Shown here: piece after piece, positions 14,201 to 25,858 of the stretch | How positions within the stretch are numbered: the stretch's first letter is position 1 | Layout of the letters: every line of letters begins with the position of its first letter | DNA from: Amoebophrya sp. A120 | Lineage: Eukaryota; Protista; Dinoflagellata | Assembly: GCA_905178155.1 (NCBI GenBank) | Contig: CAJINV010000016.1 | Coordinates: forward strand, 186,001 to 250,000 | Length of the DNA: 64,000 bases | Reading direction: 5' to 3' | Translations under genes and position numbers: made by a program | The notes under the pieces: model-generated | The model's database searches: none | Seen by the model: only the letters and a program-made list of their open reading frames with translations | Told to the model about the DNA's origin: nothing

Positions 14201-15663
14201 ACCACTTGAAATGCGAGTGGAGTCGCCCCACCCAAAAATCGAAGCACCACAGCTCTATGTCTCCGACCCCGTCCTTGCACTGCGTGCCACCGACACCCAC
14301 ATATCAACTGCAAAAGTATCGTACTCGTATAAATGCATTACAAATTTCCCCAGCATGAGAAATAAAATTTGTAATGCAGATTTACCTTAACAAAGGGATT
14401 TGTAATGCATGATTGCAATACGAGTACGATACTTTTGCACAGGATACCACACAGATGTCAGCGACCTAGATTTTTGGATTAAGTACTTATAAATGAAAAA
14501 GATGTTGAGGGACTAGCTGTTGCAATTCAACATTCAAAAAGCTCGTCATGCTGACGATGACACGCACGCAAGGTTTTTAGCGATGTGATTTTTCTTGCGG
14601 GGAGACAATTCATCTATACCTCCCCGTGCTCGCACTCGCACTCGTTGACTGCGCAGTAGGCTGGGTCAGACTCGCCGTCCAAATGTTCGGTGATTTTGCA
14701 CGTGTCCGCGCAAACCGTAGTTTTGATCTTCTCCTGCATCTCGTCGGGAAGCAGGTGACTGAAGCCGACCACCTTGCTTTGTCCTTCGTCTTCCACTTCG
14801 GATGTGGAGGTCATGCCAGCAGCCAGCTTGCTAGAAGTACCGGTAGTTGTAGTAGCACCTCGCTGTCCTCCGATTTTTGTGGCTCTACTGCTAGAACTAG
14901 TCGCAGAGAGGTTAATTGTCTCGGGAATCGTCCGCGGCTTTGCTGCCGCATCAGCACCGGTCGTGGCGCTCCGCGTAGCCTCTGCGTCATCTCCTTCTCC
15001 GGTGCGAAAAGCAGCAGGCACGATATTCTTGTTGGCAACATCACCGGCGCTATCCGCATTTTGGTTCGGCAGTTCTGGATCTGAAACTTCTCCCGTGTCT
15101 GATGCAGTGATGGTAGAAGTTACGGAAGATGAGGATTTTGCAGTAGATAGCCCGTCATCATCTTCAGAGGATGCTGATCTCCCCGAGGAATTGACATTGT
15201 CTCCACCCAGTGGTCCTTCTCTTTTGCTTTTCTGAAGCTCAACCTCCGTCGTTAAAATTCGCTCCTTGTTGTGTGCTGGTCTACCGCTTTTGTGGTGGTG
15301 GTGCCGGTGGTGGTGTCCATTGTATGATCTCGGAGAAGTACTTTTCCCAGTGGTTTTGCTAGTCTTCCCTATCTTGTTTCCACTCTTGCTCGTTACTCCG
15401 CCCTGTTTCTCCGACTTCTTGGTGTCGAACGCCCCGAAGAGCGAAAATGTCGGCCAGTTGAAGCCGAGTGCTTGTACGCCGTGGAAAGATGACCCGTTCC
15501 CCGAAAATAAACCGGTGCCATGATTTTGCTCTAACAGAAGATGAACCTCTGGGCAAACAACAAGCAGGAAAAGATTACTGCATAAGGACGCGAGGGTGGA
15601 CGTCAACGACGAGCCGGGGGACCTTATTCTGCTCCTGTTTCGCTGCAGCTTGAGGCGCCGCAT
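8279..15663 (-). CDS. Secreted or surface Cys-rich adhesin-like protein (EGF/furin-like repeats, TSP1 domain, C-terminal PAN/apple-like motif)
   Basis: N-terminal hydrophobic stretch LASLCSNLFLLVVC; repeated C..C..G[YF].L...C..N.C.C..G; TSP1-like PW..TEC...TCGKGVQTRSREILNEAVGGGKECP; PAN-like CEAYCNTDELCRYYSY....QCRFY. GT-AG introns at 13565-14619, 12971-13087, 12695-12873, 11087-11674 (less certain), 10644-10774 and 10069-10225, plus 6 introners; the frame is continuous. Confidence 0.75.
9042..9180. mobile_element. Introner family A
   Basis: Family A TIR; DR CGAGC/TGAGC. Confidence 0.88.
9348..9492. mobile_element. Introner family A
   Basis: Family A TIR; DR GAGCG. Confidence 0.9.
10852..11002. 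mobile_element. Introner family A
   Basis: Family A TIR; DR TCCTT. Confidence 0.9.
11088..11673. mobile_element. Possible old, degenerate introner now readable as a GT-AG intron
   Basis: TATC...GATA ends, several GCATGACA motifs, no intact DR; sense CAC|GTATC...GATAG|CCA keeps the frame. Confidence 0.4.
11739..11909. mobile_element. Introner, diverged family A
   Basis: TATGCATTGCAAAAG / CTTTTGCAGCTGATA; DR CTAGG/CTTGG. Confidence 0.8.
12524..12637. mobile_element. Introner family E
   Basis: TIR TATCCAGGAAAA.ACACC; DR TGGAG/TGGAA. Confidence 0.88.
13288..13549. mobile_element. Introner family C (opposite orientation to 3504)
   Basis: Family C TIR; DR ACAGA; close copy at 44087. Confidence 0.9.
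13590..13692. repeat. Degenerate tandem repeat of TGGAATCAGRCT (about 6 units)
   Basis: tggtatcagact, cggagtcagact, tggaatcaggct, tggaatcagctt, tggaatcagact, tggaatcaggct. Confidence 0.7.
13693..14247. other. GC-rich island (foreign-looking)
   Basis: Abrupt rise in GC, C13 homopolymer, no introners; abuts the duplicated exon. Confidence 0.5.
14248..14468 (-). repeat. Second copy of the adhesin exon start (VADICVGVGGTQCKDGVGDIEL); the other copy is at 13230-13567
   Basis: cacagctctatgtctccgaccccgtccttgcactg(c/t)gtgccaccgac(a/g)cccacacagatgtcagcgaccta occurs twice once the elements are removed. Confidence 0.85.
14302..14446. mobile_element. Introner family A in the duplicated exon copy
   Basis: Family A TIR; DR CCACA. 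Confidence 0.9.
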
Positions 15664-15694
15664 TATTCTGGTTTGGCGATCTACTTCTCGTCGT

Positions 15695-16002
15695 TATGGG
15701 AGTGTCAGGATTGAAATTGTCAAAGTTGAAAGAGTTTGTCATGCATAAAAGCAATACCAGTCGAAAGCCCGCTTATCAAGCGGCGCATGACAAATTTTCC
15801 GAGCACCGGAATCCAATTTGTCATGCTGTTTGGGCACAGAGGACTGCTTTCGTCATGCTACTTTCGAAGCTCTTTTGCAAACCCTAAACAGGCTCACAAT
15901 CGGCCTCACTTGCCATCCCGGCAAGACAGGCAATTCATGCCTTGCATTTTATGCATGACAAATCACTTCAACTTTGTCGATTTCAAACCTGACGCTTCCA
16001 TA
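15695..16002. mobile_element. Family D element (reverse orientation), 31 nt upstream of the adhesin ATG
   Basis: Family D TIR; DR GTCGT. Confidence 0.9.
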
Positions 16003-16046
16003 GTCGTGGACCCCACTATGGTGTCGTCCTCGGGCAGCTGTCGCAA

Positions 16047-16197
16047 TATCCACAGGAAATTTCCTGTACACGTACAAATGCTGTCTCTGCATGACAAAAC
16101 TTGCCTTCAATCCTAGTCTACCATGACAAGTTGTACTCTGCAATTTAGCAAAATTTGTCATGTATTTTGTACATGTACAGGAAATTTACATTGCATA
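16047..16197. mobile_element. Family F element, probably in the 5' UTR
   Basis: TIR core AAATTTCCTGTACA.GTACAA; DR CGCAA. Confidence 0.88.
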
Positions 16198-16649
16198 CGC
16201 AACCCGAGGACAACACGGGCCGCGGCGGGGGAAACGTGGCCGCTTGCGGTCGCTGCGAAATCTTCTACGAGCTCAACTGTGCGGGGAGAAGTGGAACGGA
16301 AGCTGCATCGACGAGGCATCTTTCATGTCGCCGATGTTAAGATCATCTTCTTGAGGACCCAACATGGTGCCCCATTGCTGCTGATTGATTGTTTTTGATT
16401 TGATGCGACAGTTGCATTTCTTGATCAAGTTAAGCAACCATGACCAAATCAAGTTGCTCACTCTCCCAGGATGAGTCTATCGCAGTCACCCACTCAACAC
16501 ATATGATACGCAAAGAAAACCATTAGTATGATGTAGAGAAGATTTTGCGTCGCTTCACTCTTGCCGCCGAGCTAATAAGCTCCTTCTTCCTCCTGCTTCC
16601 CCTCCGGCTGATGATCTTCATGATCATGCTGGTGAACACAATATATCTA

Positions 16650-17700
16650 TCGCAGGGGCCTGGCGCATTTGCGTGATGTCTGTGTGTCCTTGCCACAGCT
16701 GGCACAGAAACAAGACAGGGCTGGCGCTGCTTTCCACTCGCAGGGGGCCTCCCTGTGTATGGGCACGGCGAGCCCGGGGCGAGAAGGCTGGGGGCATCGG
16801 CGTGCCGGCGACTCGAGGCCGGGCTCATTACTAACTACCAGCCAGGCAAACTCGGCGGCCGAAGCAAAGCAACGAGCGAACGCTAATACCGGCAACACGG
16901 CAAACAGAAGCCCGACGCGCTCCGGAGCGGGCAAGGGGGTCAGCCCCCGGGCATCTAGCACACATCGCATGCGAGCGCAAACATACACGCGGGGCGGCCA
17001 GGCCAAGAGAACCACGGGCGGGCACAATGCGCGCCCCCCCCTGACTTGCATGGGTGCGGGGGGGGGCGAGGCGGAGGAGGCAAAAGAGGGGGGCAGAGCC
17101 CAACAAGCCCCGGCGCGACGTCGCGCCGGCCCCGGCGCCGGCAAGGCCCGCCGGGGTGGCGCCTCCTGGTTTGCCGGCGAACCACAACACACCGCGGCCG
17201 CGGCGGCGCGGCGGTAGGCGCCGAACCATACCAGGCCAAGCAGAAAGGGGGCCCGGGCCCGCCGGCGCAGGGCTTTCTTTGGCTGAAGGCCGCGGCGGGC
17301 GGCCGCTGGATGCCGAGGGCCTTCGCTTAGGTCCGCGAACAGCTGGTCTGGCGCGTTGCCTCGTTGTGGCGTGCGGCATCATCGCCGCGCCGGGCAGCGC
17401 GGCCCAGTCTACGCCTTTGGCCCACCCCTCCCCGCGCCCGGGCAGCGTCGGCCTCGCGCCCGTGGTCCACAGGTCCGGGCGGATCGTTTCGCGGGCCCAG
17501 GATGGCCCGCCGCGGCGGCGCGTGGTGCTCTTCTCCTGGGCATGTTCTCTCTTCCGGCACGTTCGTCACCTGCTGGGAGCCATCTTCGCCGAGATATCCC
17601 GCCGGGCGGGGCAAAATAAGGAAACGCTCCACCGCGGGGCCTGCTTCCTTCCAAAGCAAGAAGCAACGGGCGGGGAGCTGGCCCCGTAGTATTGCCCGCC
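16650..17700. other. GC-rich island, intergenic
   Basis: GC visibly far above the flanks, G/C runs, stop-poor in all frames, no credible protein. Confidence 0.55.
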
Positions 17701-18396
17701 TCGGCTACATCACGACCGCCACACTGTTGCAGTTGATTGGGTAGGTGGATTCGAATCCAGTGAATTTGGAAGCCGTAAAACAGGGCTACTTTCGACGTCG
17801 CCCACGCAGATGATGAACACAATTTCGGTAACACCAAGGACAAGCGCAAGCGTCGTTTACTTCACGACTGCGCTATGCTGGAGAGTGTATCCAAATATTT
17901 GTTTAGCACCCCAGAAAAAACGGGCCCAGCTACTACTATTTCATCCGGAATTTATTAAAAGGCTTTTTCTTTGTCATCTCCGGTTGTCTAGTTCTTACCA
18001 AGAAGAGCACTGAAGTTCAGGGCCTTGTTTTCTTTTTGCTTCGCAACATTCATTCTCTTTCTCTTCAGGTAGTGGTCGTAGTCAATCATACAGAAGAGAT
18101 GCTCACAAGATCGTACATGCATCGATCAATCAGAACGCTGCAGCTGTGTTTAGTTTGAAGGAAAACGTTTCTGTGCTGAGCTCGTGAAACAGAAACTTCA
18201 ACGCACTGTCGCTGTCGGTATTAAATAATATAAGATAATGTTTTTCCGATGGTGTGCAGCAGCGCAACTACAACAGCTTTACGTGTTTATTCCTCCCGGG
18301 GCTTTACAGCACGACACTGCTGAGCTACCACTTCTACCTAGTGAGATTCACGACCTCATCCTCACGACAAGAAATACTCTTACTCCGCCGCCCATC

Positions 18397-21300
18397 CTAC
18401 AAGAACTCCCCGTGATTCCTGTAATACCTCGCCAACTTCTTCGTCATGGTTGCGACACTCGGCAAATTTGCCCGGTCCATCTGGAATCCTCTTCTGTTCA
18501 TCGATTCCACAAATTCCGACTCCGCCTGCTGGTTCGCGTCGTCAATCTTCAACACATCGGCCTACTTCTGCATTGCAAAAGTATTGTATCGCACTCGTAT
18601 AAATGCATTACAAATTTCTCAGCATGACAAATGAAATTTGTAATGTGGGTTTACCTAAAGAAAACGATTTGCAATGCATTATTGCAATACGAGTACGATA
18701 TTTTTGCACAGGATACCACTTCGGATACACCAAAGTACCGTACTGCCCGTTCGCCAAGAATTCGGATTTGAACACGAAGTAGTGCAGGATCACCCAAGCG
18801 AAGAAGACCGGAATCCACACAATCGCTTCGATCCAGATCACCGTGTCTTTCGTGCTCGGGAAGAGGTTGCAGGTCAAGGCCGCGAGCATGCAGTCCAAAC
18901 CCATAATCGATGTGATCAAAAACGTGACCAACACGTACACGTCCAATCGCGTCACGTACGGTTTAATGGGCGTCCAGGTGTTTAGCGTCACTTTGTAGGC
19001 CGCAAGGGATAAAATCAAGGTCAGCAACACCTGCATCCTGGACCCCGGGTCGTCCGGATCGATGAGAAAAGTGGAAAACGAGAGAGAAACCAGACACAGC
19101 AGGATGAAGTGCACGTTCAGCAAGTAAAACGTCGGCACACACTCCATCTGCAGCACGATGTGAAACCGGCTGTACTTCGCGCCGCTGGGCATGGAGGCGA
19201 GCCAGGACAAGGGGTAGAATTCGGAGAAATGGCACCGGCAAATCCACGACTCCGACATGCGGCAACGGCCTTTAAACACCGAGGGGCGGAGCCGCAGTTC
19301 CACTAACCGGTAGTTCTTCTTCGGAGGATTTGCTTGATTTGTCAGAGAGCTAGTAGCAGAGGTGTTGACTTGCGGCGGCGGAGATGTTGCTCCACCAGCT
19401 GCTGAGCCGGGTCCTGTACTAGTTGTTGATCTGTAATTCGTCACCGGCGTTTTTTCCTGATCCGACAGTCCAGAGCCTGGTTGCAACAACATCTGCCGCC
19501 AGTCGGATTTCGCTCGTTTCTTGATGAATTCCCCACGGGAGAGCTGAATCGACCGCCGTTTCGCAGCGGACATGATTTCCCTCCCGGGAAGGTCGTAGGC
19601 CGTTCGCGAATTCCGGTTGGCGCGGTCGGGGAGGGAGGAGGAGCGGCGATAGGTTTTGTTCGATGTTGCTTTATACTGTCCTTCAGGTGCTGGGTTATCA
19701 TGATCAACAACGCCGCCGCTGTAAAAATTCTGCCCCCGCCCGTCGGTTTCTGCGTCCAAAACAGCATCTTCCTCTCCTTCTTCGGGGATCACCATGCTCG
19801 CGACTTCCCCCTCCGGCTGGAATCGCGGTCTGACTGTGGTGCGCGTGTCGTTTCGCTCGAGGATTTTTGTTTTGATATTATTTCCTACACCTCCACCAGC
19901 AAAGCCGCTTCTCCTGCTAGATGAAGACGCGGGCACGGAGTAGGATCGGATGCTGTTCGTGAACCCTTCTTTCTGTCTACCCTCCACGAGCAGATCATAA
20001 TCCAAAAAACCTTCATCCCCGTCGCTGCTGCTCACACTTCCGTAGTCGTCATCAAAGCCGAAGCCCGTCCCGTTTTCCGGCGCTGCGGAGCCGCAACTCG
20101 GTTCCTCCATATCGGGGATAAAAACGTCTCTCGCGAATCCACAGGATTTCCTCGACAAGGTAGTGCTATTCTTCTCGTCGTCCAGAAGTCTAGCAAAATC
20201 CTCATCGTCTTCCGGGATCAGACCCTCGAAGAAGTTGCTAGTACTGCTTGATGCACCGGAAAATCGCACCTCTTTCCCAGAACCCTCATGCAGCTGCCGG
20301 TCGGCCTCGGACGACCGTATCTCTGGCCGCAAGTCGTACGTGCTTGCCCTTTCTAGATTTTCGTACGATGCAGAAGACTGCTCTCCTTTCGTGCTGGTAC
20401 TATTTTCCGCCACATGATGATCACTCAACAAATCCTTCACCACGTGCTCCTCCCCGCGGCCCAGAGAGTCGGTGTTGGACACGCCCTCCACAAGTGTCGC
20501 ATTTGTTCTTGTTCGCTGATCAATATCTCGTCCACCGCCTTGCTTGATGTTGTTCGTCGTCGAAACAGAAGTGCTATCTCTTCTACTCCCTCCGCCCTGC
20601 CGCAAGGAATTGTCTCGACTCGTCGACGTCCGACCATTAGAACTTCTTGTGAACCGCTGCGACTTCTGGTAATCGGACAATTTCTGCACAAAGCGGGAGA
20701 ACGAGTCTTGCTCGCAGTCCTCTTCCACATCCTCTTCCACCAGTTCGTAGAACGGGAGCATGTATGCCCACGGCACGAAAATGTACTTGTACGTGTTCGC
20801 AGTATGCATTGCAAAAGTATCGTACTAGTAGAAATAGCATCACAAATTTTTCCAGAAGGAAAAAAGGAATTTGTAATGCTGAAGAAGCTAAGGAACCAGA
20901 TTTGTCATGCATGACTGCAATTACTACGAGTACGATGCTTTTGCACAGGATACGCAGTGGCTACAAACGACAACCGAATTAACTGCCGGCTGAAGGGGAA
21001 ATGCACCAAGTCCATCACCTGTCGGCACGTACACCGGTACTTCCCGTAGACCTGGACGTAATACGCCAGCGGCGGGGGTTCCACGTGTTGCTTTTTCCAA
21101 GTGTGCTTGGATTTGAACCGGGATTTCGCCTGTTTCACCACTTTGTTGTGTTTAATCGCATTGAGGATCTGCTCTTGAGAAGAAGATTTGCTATAATACG
21201 CGCCGGCGCCCCCGAAAGGAGGTGCAGTGCCGGCAGTCTTTGAACTTCGGCCTTGTTTATTCGCGGCGTTTTTCTTTCTCTCCTTCGACGAGTCCAAAGA

Positions 21301-23579
21301 GGAGGAGGGTTCCAGGGTTGGAATGCGATTTTTAGAATCCGAATCTGACGTGCAACTCGTTGTTGCACCACCTGCTTGTGTTTCTCCTTCCGTGGTGTAG
21401 TTGATTATATCCTCTGTGGAATTTGATTTCTCATGCGGTACTGCAGGTCTTTTTTTGTTGTAGTAATCCCAGAAGGACGCGTCTCCTTCGCCAAATGGTA
21501 CTCCTGCTTCATCACTATCATCGTCGCTTTCGTCAGAATTTTCTCCCTCCTCCTCCGAATCGCTTTCGTGCTCCAAAAGCTCCACATCCCGGTCAAAACA
21601 CCTCCTGACCGCGACAATGTTTTCTGACACCACCTCGGGTTCTTCCGGCACCGACAGTAACCGGAAACACGGCATCTTGCCCTCGAAGTCGTGAAACCGC
21701 ACCTCCGGCCCGATCCGCTCTTTGAAAAACGACGCGTCCTCGTCTTTAATCTTGAAGAACATGGACAGCTCAAACCCCAGCGAAACCTCCTCCAGTGTCG
21801 TGTTTAAATTGCCCAAACTGGTGATCTGGTACGCTACCCCGACGAAGGTGGTCTGCTTGTGGGACAGTTTTTCCTCCGGTAGCAGTTCCGTCATGAACGC
21901 CGTCCCCTCGTACGGATTCCCCATGTCGATCTGGCATCAAGCAAAAAAGTATCGCGCTCGTACTGGTTGCGTTGGTACTAATCGCAGATGCGCATGACAA
22001 ATCCTACTCGCTGCCTGAAATAGCATGACAAATTGCATATTTTGTTCTTGAGAAAATTTGTAATGCGATTCATACTAGTACGATACTTTTGCAATGCATA
22101 TTTGGAAGTGCAAATCCGACCTTCCGTCCACATACTGGACGTAACGGTCTTCGGTAGGAAGATCCGCAAAGGACACCGCGGTCGCTCGCATTTCCCAGGG
22201 CAGAAAACCTAAGCCGTTCGTTGGCTCCGGGAGGAAAGCGGACGGGGTGGAGCCGCGGAGTGGCCGCTCCTCGAGCGAGGATTGATGCCTTTTCCCGAAC
22301 TGTTTCCGCTTTTTGAACGCGGAGGTGATGCTCGGCATCGTTAAGTCTTTCATCTTCTGGGGAAACAGAGGGGACGAGGTGTTGCCCTGCATTTTGATGT
22401 GTTTTCAACGTTTTTCGCCCGCAATCAACAAATTTTTTTCCACCCCGTATTTCACGCCTTCCTTGTCTACACTACTTGCGCGAAGATTGCACCAATTTCG
22501 AAAGCCTAAATTCTTTCATAATACTGATGCAGAATCCATGCAAAAAAATGTTCTCAAAACTAAATTAATATTACCGAATCAAGACCCCGATCGCGAGATC
22601 CACCTGCACTAAGATTCTCCTCGCTATCTTTCAGCTGTCTGTAATATTGATCCCGCAGCTCCTCCTCTCGCCGACGGAACGCCCGGTCCTTTCCGGCCTT
22701 CGCAAACCCGGCTGCAGTGTACAGCGTCCGCTGAATATCCTTCCACACCTGCGACACCCGCCGGGCGCCTCCCCGGCCCGGTTGCGGTTCCGCTTGGCTC
22801 GACAATGCTCCGGGTTCGAGACCGTTTGTTCTACCCTGGTCTTGTTGGTTGTTGTAACTACGGTTGTTCATGAAGTCACTCGTCGTTAAAGATCTTCGCT
22901 GTGCCAAATTGAACAGCGAGGTTTGTTGATCCTGATAGTACTCGTCTTCTTCTCCGATGTGCAGCGAGCTGGAGCTTCTCGTGGTCTTCCTCTTCATCAT
23001 CTCCCGATAATTATGATTCTGGCTCTTGTTGTCCCACACCTTCGACTGAGATGAAGCTGCAGCTGCGCCAGCGGCTGTACTACCTGCTTTGTTCTTTCTC
23101 GTGCTGTTTGTGTTTTTCGCTTTCCACTGCTGGTAGTCCTGTCCGCCGGCGAGATTAAGTGGCGGGGGAATCATAGGGTTGAAAGTGGAGGAGCGGCTCG
23201 TGGAGGAGGATGAAGACTTGAAAACTCCACCGGACGTAGATGATCGTGCCCCACCTCCTGCCGTCAACGTCTGTCCAGAAGATGCAGCAGCTGCAACACC
23301 AGCACCGCCCCCATGGCTAGAAGAATTAGACATCGCCGCCTGCTGTCGTTCCTGAATGGCCTGGCCCAGGTCCCAGGTGAGCTGCTTTTTGATCGTTTTC
23401 GGCCGCGAGGAGGGGGTGTGCGGGGCGGAATCCGTCCTGGCAGCGGGCGCTGTTTGGTCTTCGTCGGCAGCATGGTTAGGGTCAAGCAACGGCCGCGACC
23501 GCGGAGAAAGCTCCTTCGGGAAACTGCTCGTCATTTTATCAATGAAGATCAACTGCTCATGAATCCCAGAAGAGGCCAA
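18397..23579 (-). CDS. Pentameric ligand-gated ion channel (Cys-loop/Pro-loop family) subunit with large low-complexity insertions
   Basis: YRCTCRQVMDLVHFPFSRQLIRLSF loop; M1-M4: PTFYLLNVHFILLCLVSLSFSTFLIDPDDPGSRMQVLLTLILSLAAYKV..TPIKPYVTRLDVYVLVTFLI..IWIEAIVWIPVFFAWVILHYFVF. GT-AG intron 22387-22574; introners 21935-22100, 20803-20952 and 18567-18715; stop TAG at 18397. Confidence 0.85.
18567..18715. mobile_element. Introner family A (left end TCT)
   Basis: Family A TIR; DR CTACT/CCACT. Confidence 0.85.
20803..20952. mobile_element. Introner family A
   Basis: Family A TIR; DR CGCAG. Confidence 0.9.
21935..22100. mobile_element. Introner family A (left end CAT)
   Basis: Diverged family A TIR; DR TCTGG/TTTGG. 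Confidence 0.82.
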
Positions 23580-24149
23580 TGAAGATGAAGCTCGAGTTAG
23601 TTGCAGTGACTTCTTTGAGGTGACTACAATAAATACGGACTAGGGCAAACCCGGCTCGGTAGCGGTCCTTTTTGACACTCCAACACTAAGAGGAAGCGAG
23701 GGTCCGTCTCCGTGCGAACTCGATCTTCGGCAAATTGCAAATAATCGACTAGAAATGCTAGTCAAGTCACAACATAACACCACGCTGGGAAACGCAAACC
23801 AATTCACTCTTGAGCACGAGCCTCCCTCACTCGCGCTCGCTTTGAAAACATCAGCAAGACGAAGATAGACGCACCACTTCTCGTCATCTTCCCTCTACTC
23901 ACGCTCGTCTTTGCCTCGCGGCGTCCAACACGAAAACAATGAAAACGAACAACGAGTCTGGGACGGCTCTTGGAGGACAGCCCGAGCCGGCGACTCCTAA
24001 AGTAAAAGTTTCTATCATCGCCAACAATTATTATATCGGTCCCGATTGCCCAGCCCTCCGCGACACTCTGGTGCCACAGAATGCAAATAATGGAACGAAC
24101 GATCACGCACAAGGGATACCGTGATGGATACGGAGCAGCAGCCTCCGAC

Positions 24150-25830
24150 CTTGAAATAGCAGGGGCGCACTGCTTGCCGCGACTGTTGGTCTGGCTGCCT
24201 GCCACCCGGGTACTGGCCAACACCTCAGAGCACCTACCGCTGCCCCCAACAAATCTCGGCTCGCTGCCAGCGCGGAGAGCCCACCTTCGAGCGGGGGAGG
24301 CCGGCCGCGCCGGGTCCTTTCCAAAAGCCAAGAAAGGGCGGGGGCGCCGGGACGATGGACACAACCCAAATTGGTCGCCCCCCCCCTCCCCACACACACA
24401 ATGCAACCAGGCACCCGCCAACCGGCTAGCCGGCGGGGCCAAGGGCTCCGAACCACGCCGCGACGGACTTCCTTGCCATTGCATGCCCGGGCCCTGGAAG
24501 GGCAGGCGCGCGGCGATGTTGTCCAGGCCGATTTTCTTCTGCGTTACTTTGCGCGCAAAGCACGCCCCGAACAACCACCCCAGACGGTACCACGAGCGGC
24601 CCGGGTAGGTACAAGCCGGCGCCGGCGCCCGTGGGCAATTTGCCGACGCTGCGCCAGCAACCCCTCCAGACTTGGCGCGTGCCCGGGGCTAAGGTAACCG
24701 GGGGCGCCAATGGGGCGCCAATGCCCCGACGGGCCGCCACCGGTTCCCTTACTTAGAACCGAACGAAGGCAATGGCCCGCGGCCGGGCGGTAGGTTGGTT
24801 GCGCGCCGGCGTCCATGTTTGTTAGGGGGGCGCCCGCCTTCCTTTAGGATCGCAAATGCGGCATCTTCGCCCCGAAGCGACGCCCGTCCGAGCGCCCAAG
24901 GGAGAGCCCCGGGGGGGCGGTCGCCGCGCACGGTGGAGAAGGGCGCCGCGCTGGTCGCCATGTCCTTGCGCGTGGCCCGCTTGCTTCAATGGCGGGCCCC
25001 CCGGCGGCTGGCCTTTTGCCGGCCGGCGCGCGGGGCGGCCCGGTGGCTGCAGGGCCACAGCGGCGCGCACGGGCGCAGACCGGGGCCGGCGGGGGCAGAA
25101 TCCTCAGCGCGGTGGGCAGGCGGATCGGCCACCACGCCGGCCCCACCCGGCACACATCCATCCAGGGCACGAAGCCGGCCCGGCAGCTTTGTGCAGCTGG
25201 TTTCCTTCGGAGACAAATGGCGGCGGACGGCTTCGTGGATGTGGTACATAGACAGAGCCAGGGCCCTGGGGGGGGTGACTGAGATGCGCGGCGCGGGTGG
25301 CGGCGTGTCTGGGCGCCTGCTGCAAGCACGTCGCAAACTGCTGAAGGCCTCGCGCCGCAAGCGCGCGGCCCCGCTCCCTTGCGTGCACCGGGGGCACCGA
25401 CCTCCAAAGCCCAAGGGCTGCGGGCTGCCAGCTTCACGACGTCGCCCGGGAGCTGGTGCGGCGCGAGAAATGCGTCGCCGGCCGCCTCCCGGCGCCGGCC
25501 AAGCCGGGGGGGGGGCGGCCAAGCAATCACGGCAGGCACGGCAGAACCCAAGAAAGCCGCCCCCCCCAGTCGTAAGCTGCGCGCGCCGCCCTGCCTCCTT
25601 TGCCGGCTCGGCCGGGCGTGTCGGCGGGCGGCTACAAGCCAGCGGAGGCACGGGGGCGCGCAAGAACGGACGGAAGCTGGGGCCGCGGTCTGTTTTTTCG
25701 TGCACTGCTCAGCAAAGGAAACACCACGCACGGCCACGCTCTCAAAAACGAGCCCACGATGTTTCATTTCCGGAACATCTTCGATCTTTATACGCCACAG
25801 CGCTTTGACCTCTTCGCGGGGTGCACCGTG
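24150..25830. other. GC-rich island, intergenic
   Basis: Same composition as 16650-17700; G10 run; no introners. Confidence 0.55.
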
Positions 25831-25858
25831 GGTTTCGGACCTCAAGCTCAATATTCAT

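Noticed and set aside
16523-17849. Overlapping 100-210 aa ORFs on both strands
   Set aside because: Arg/Gly/Pro/Ala-rich products of stop-poor GC-rich DNA; no domain and no consistent frame.
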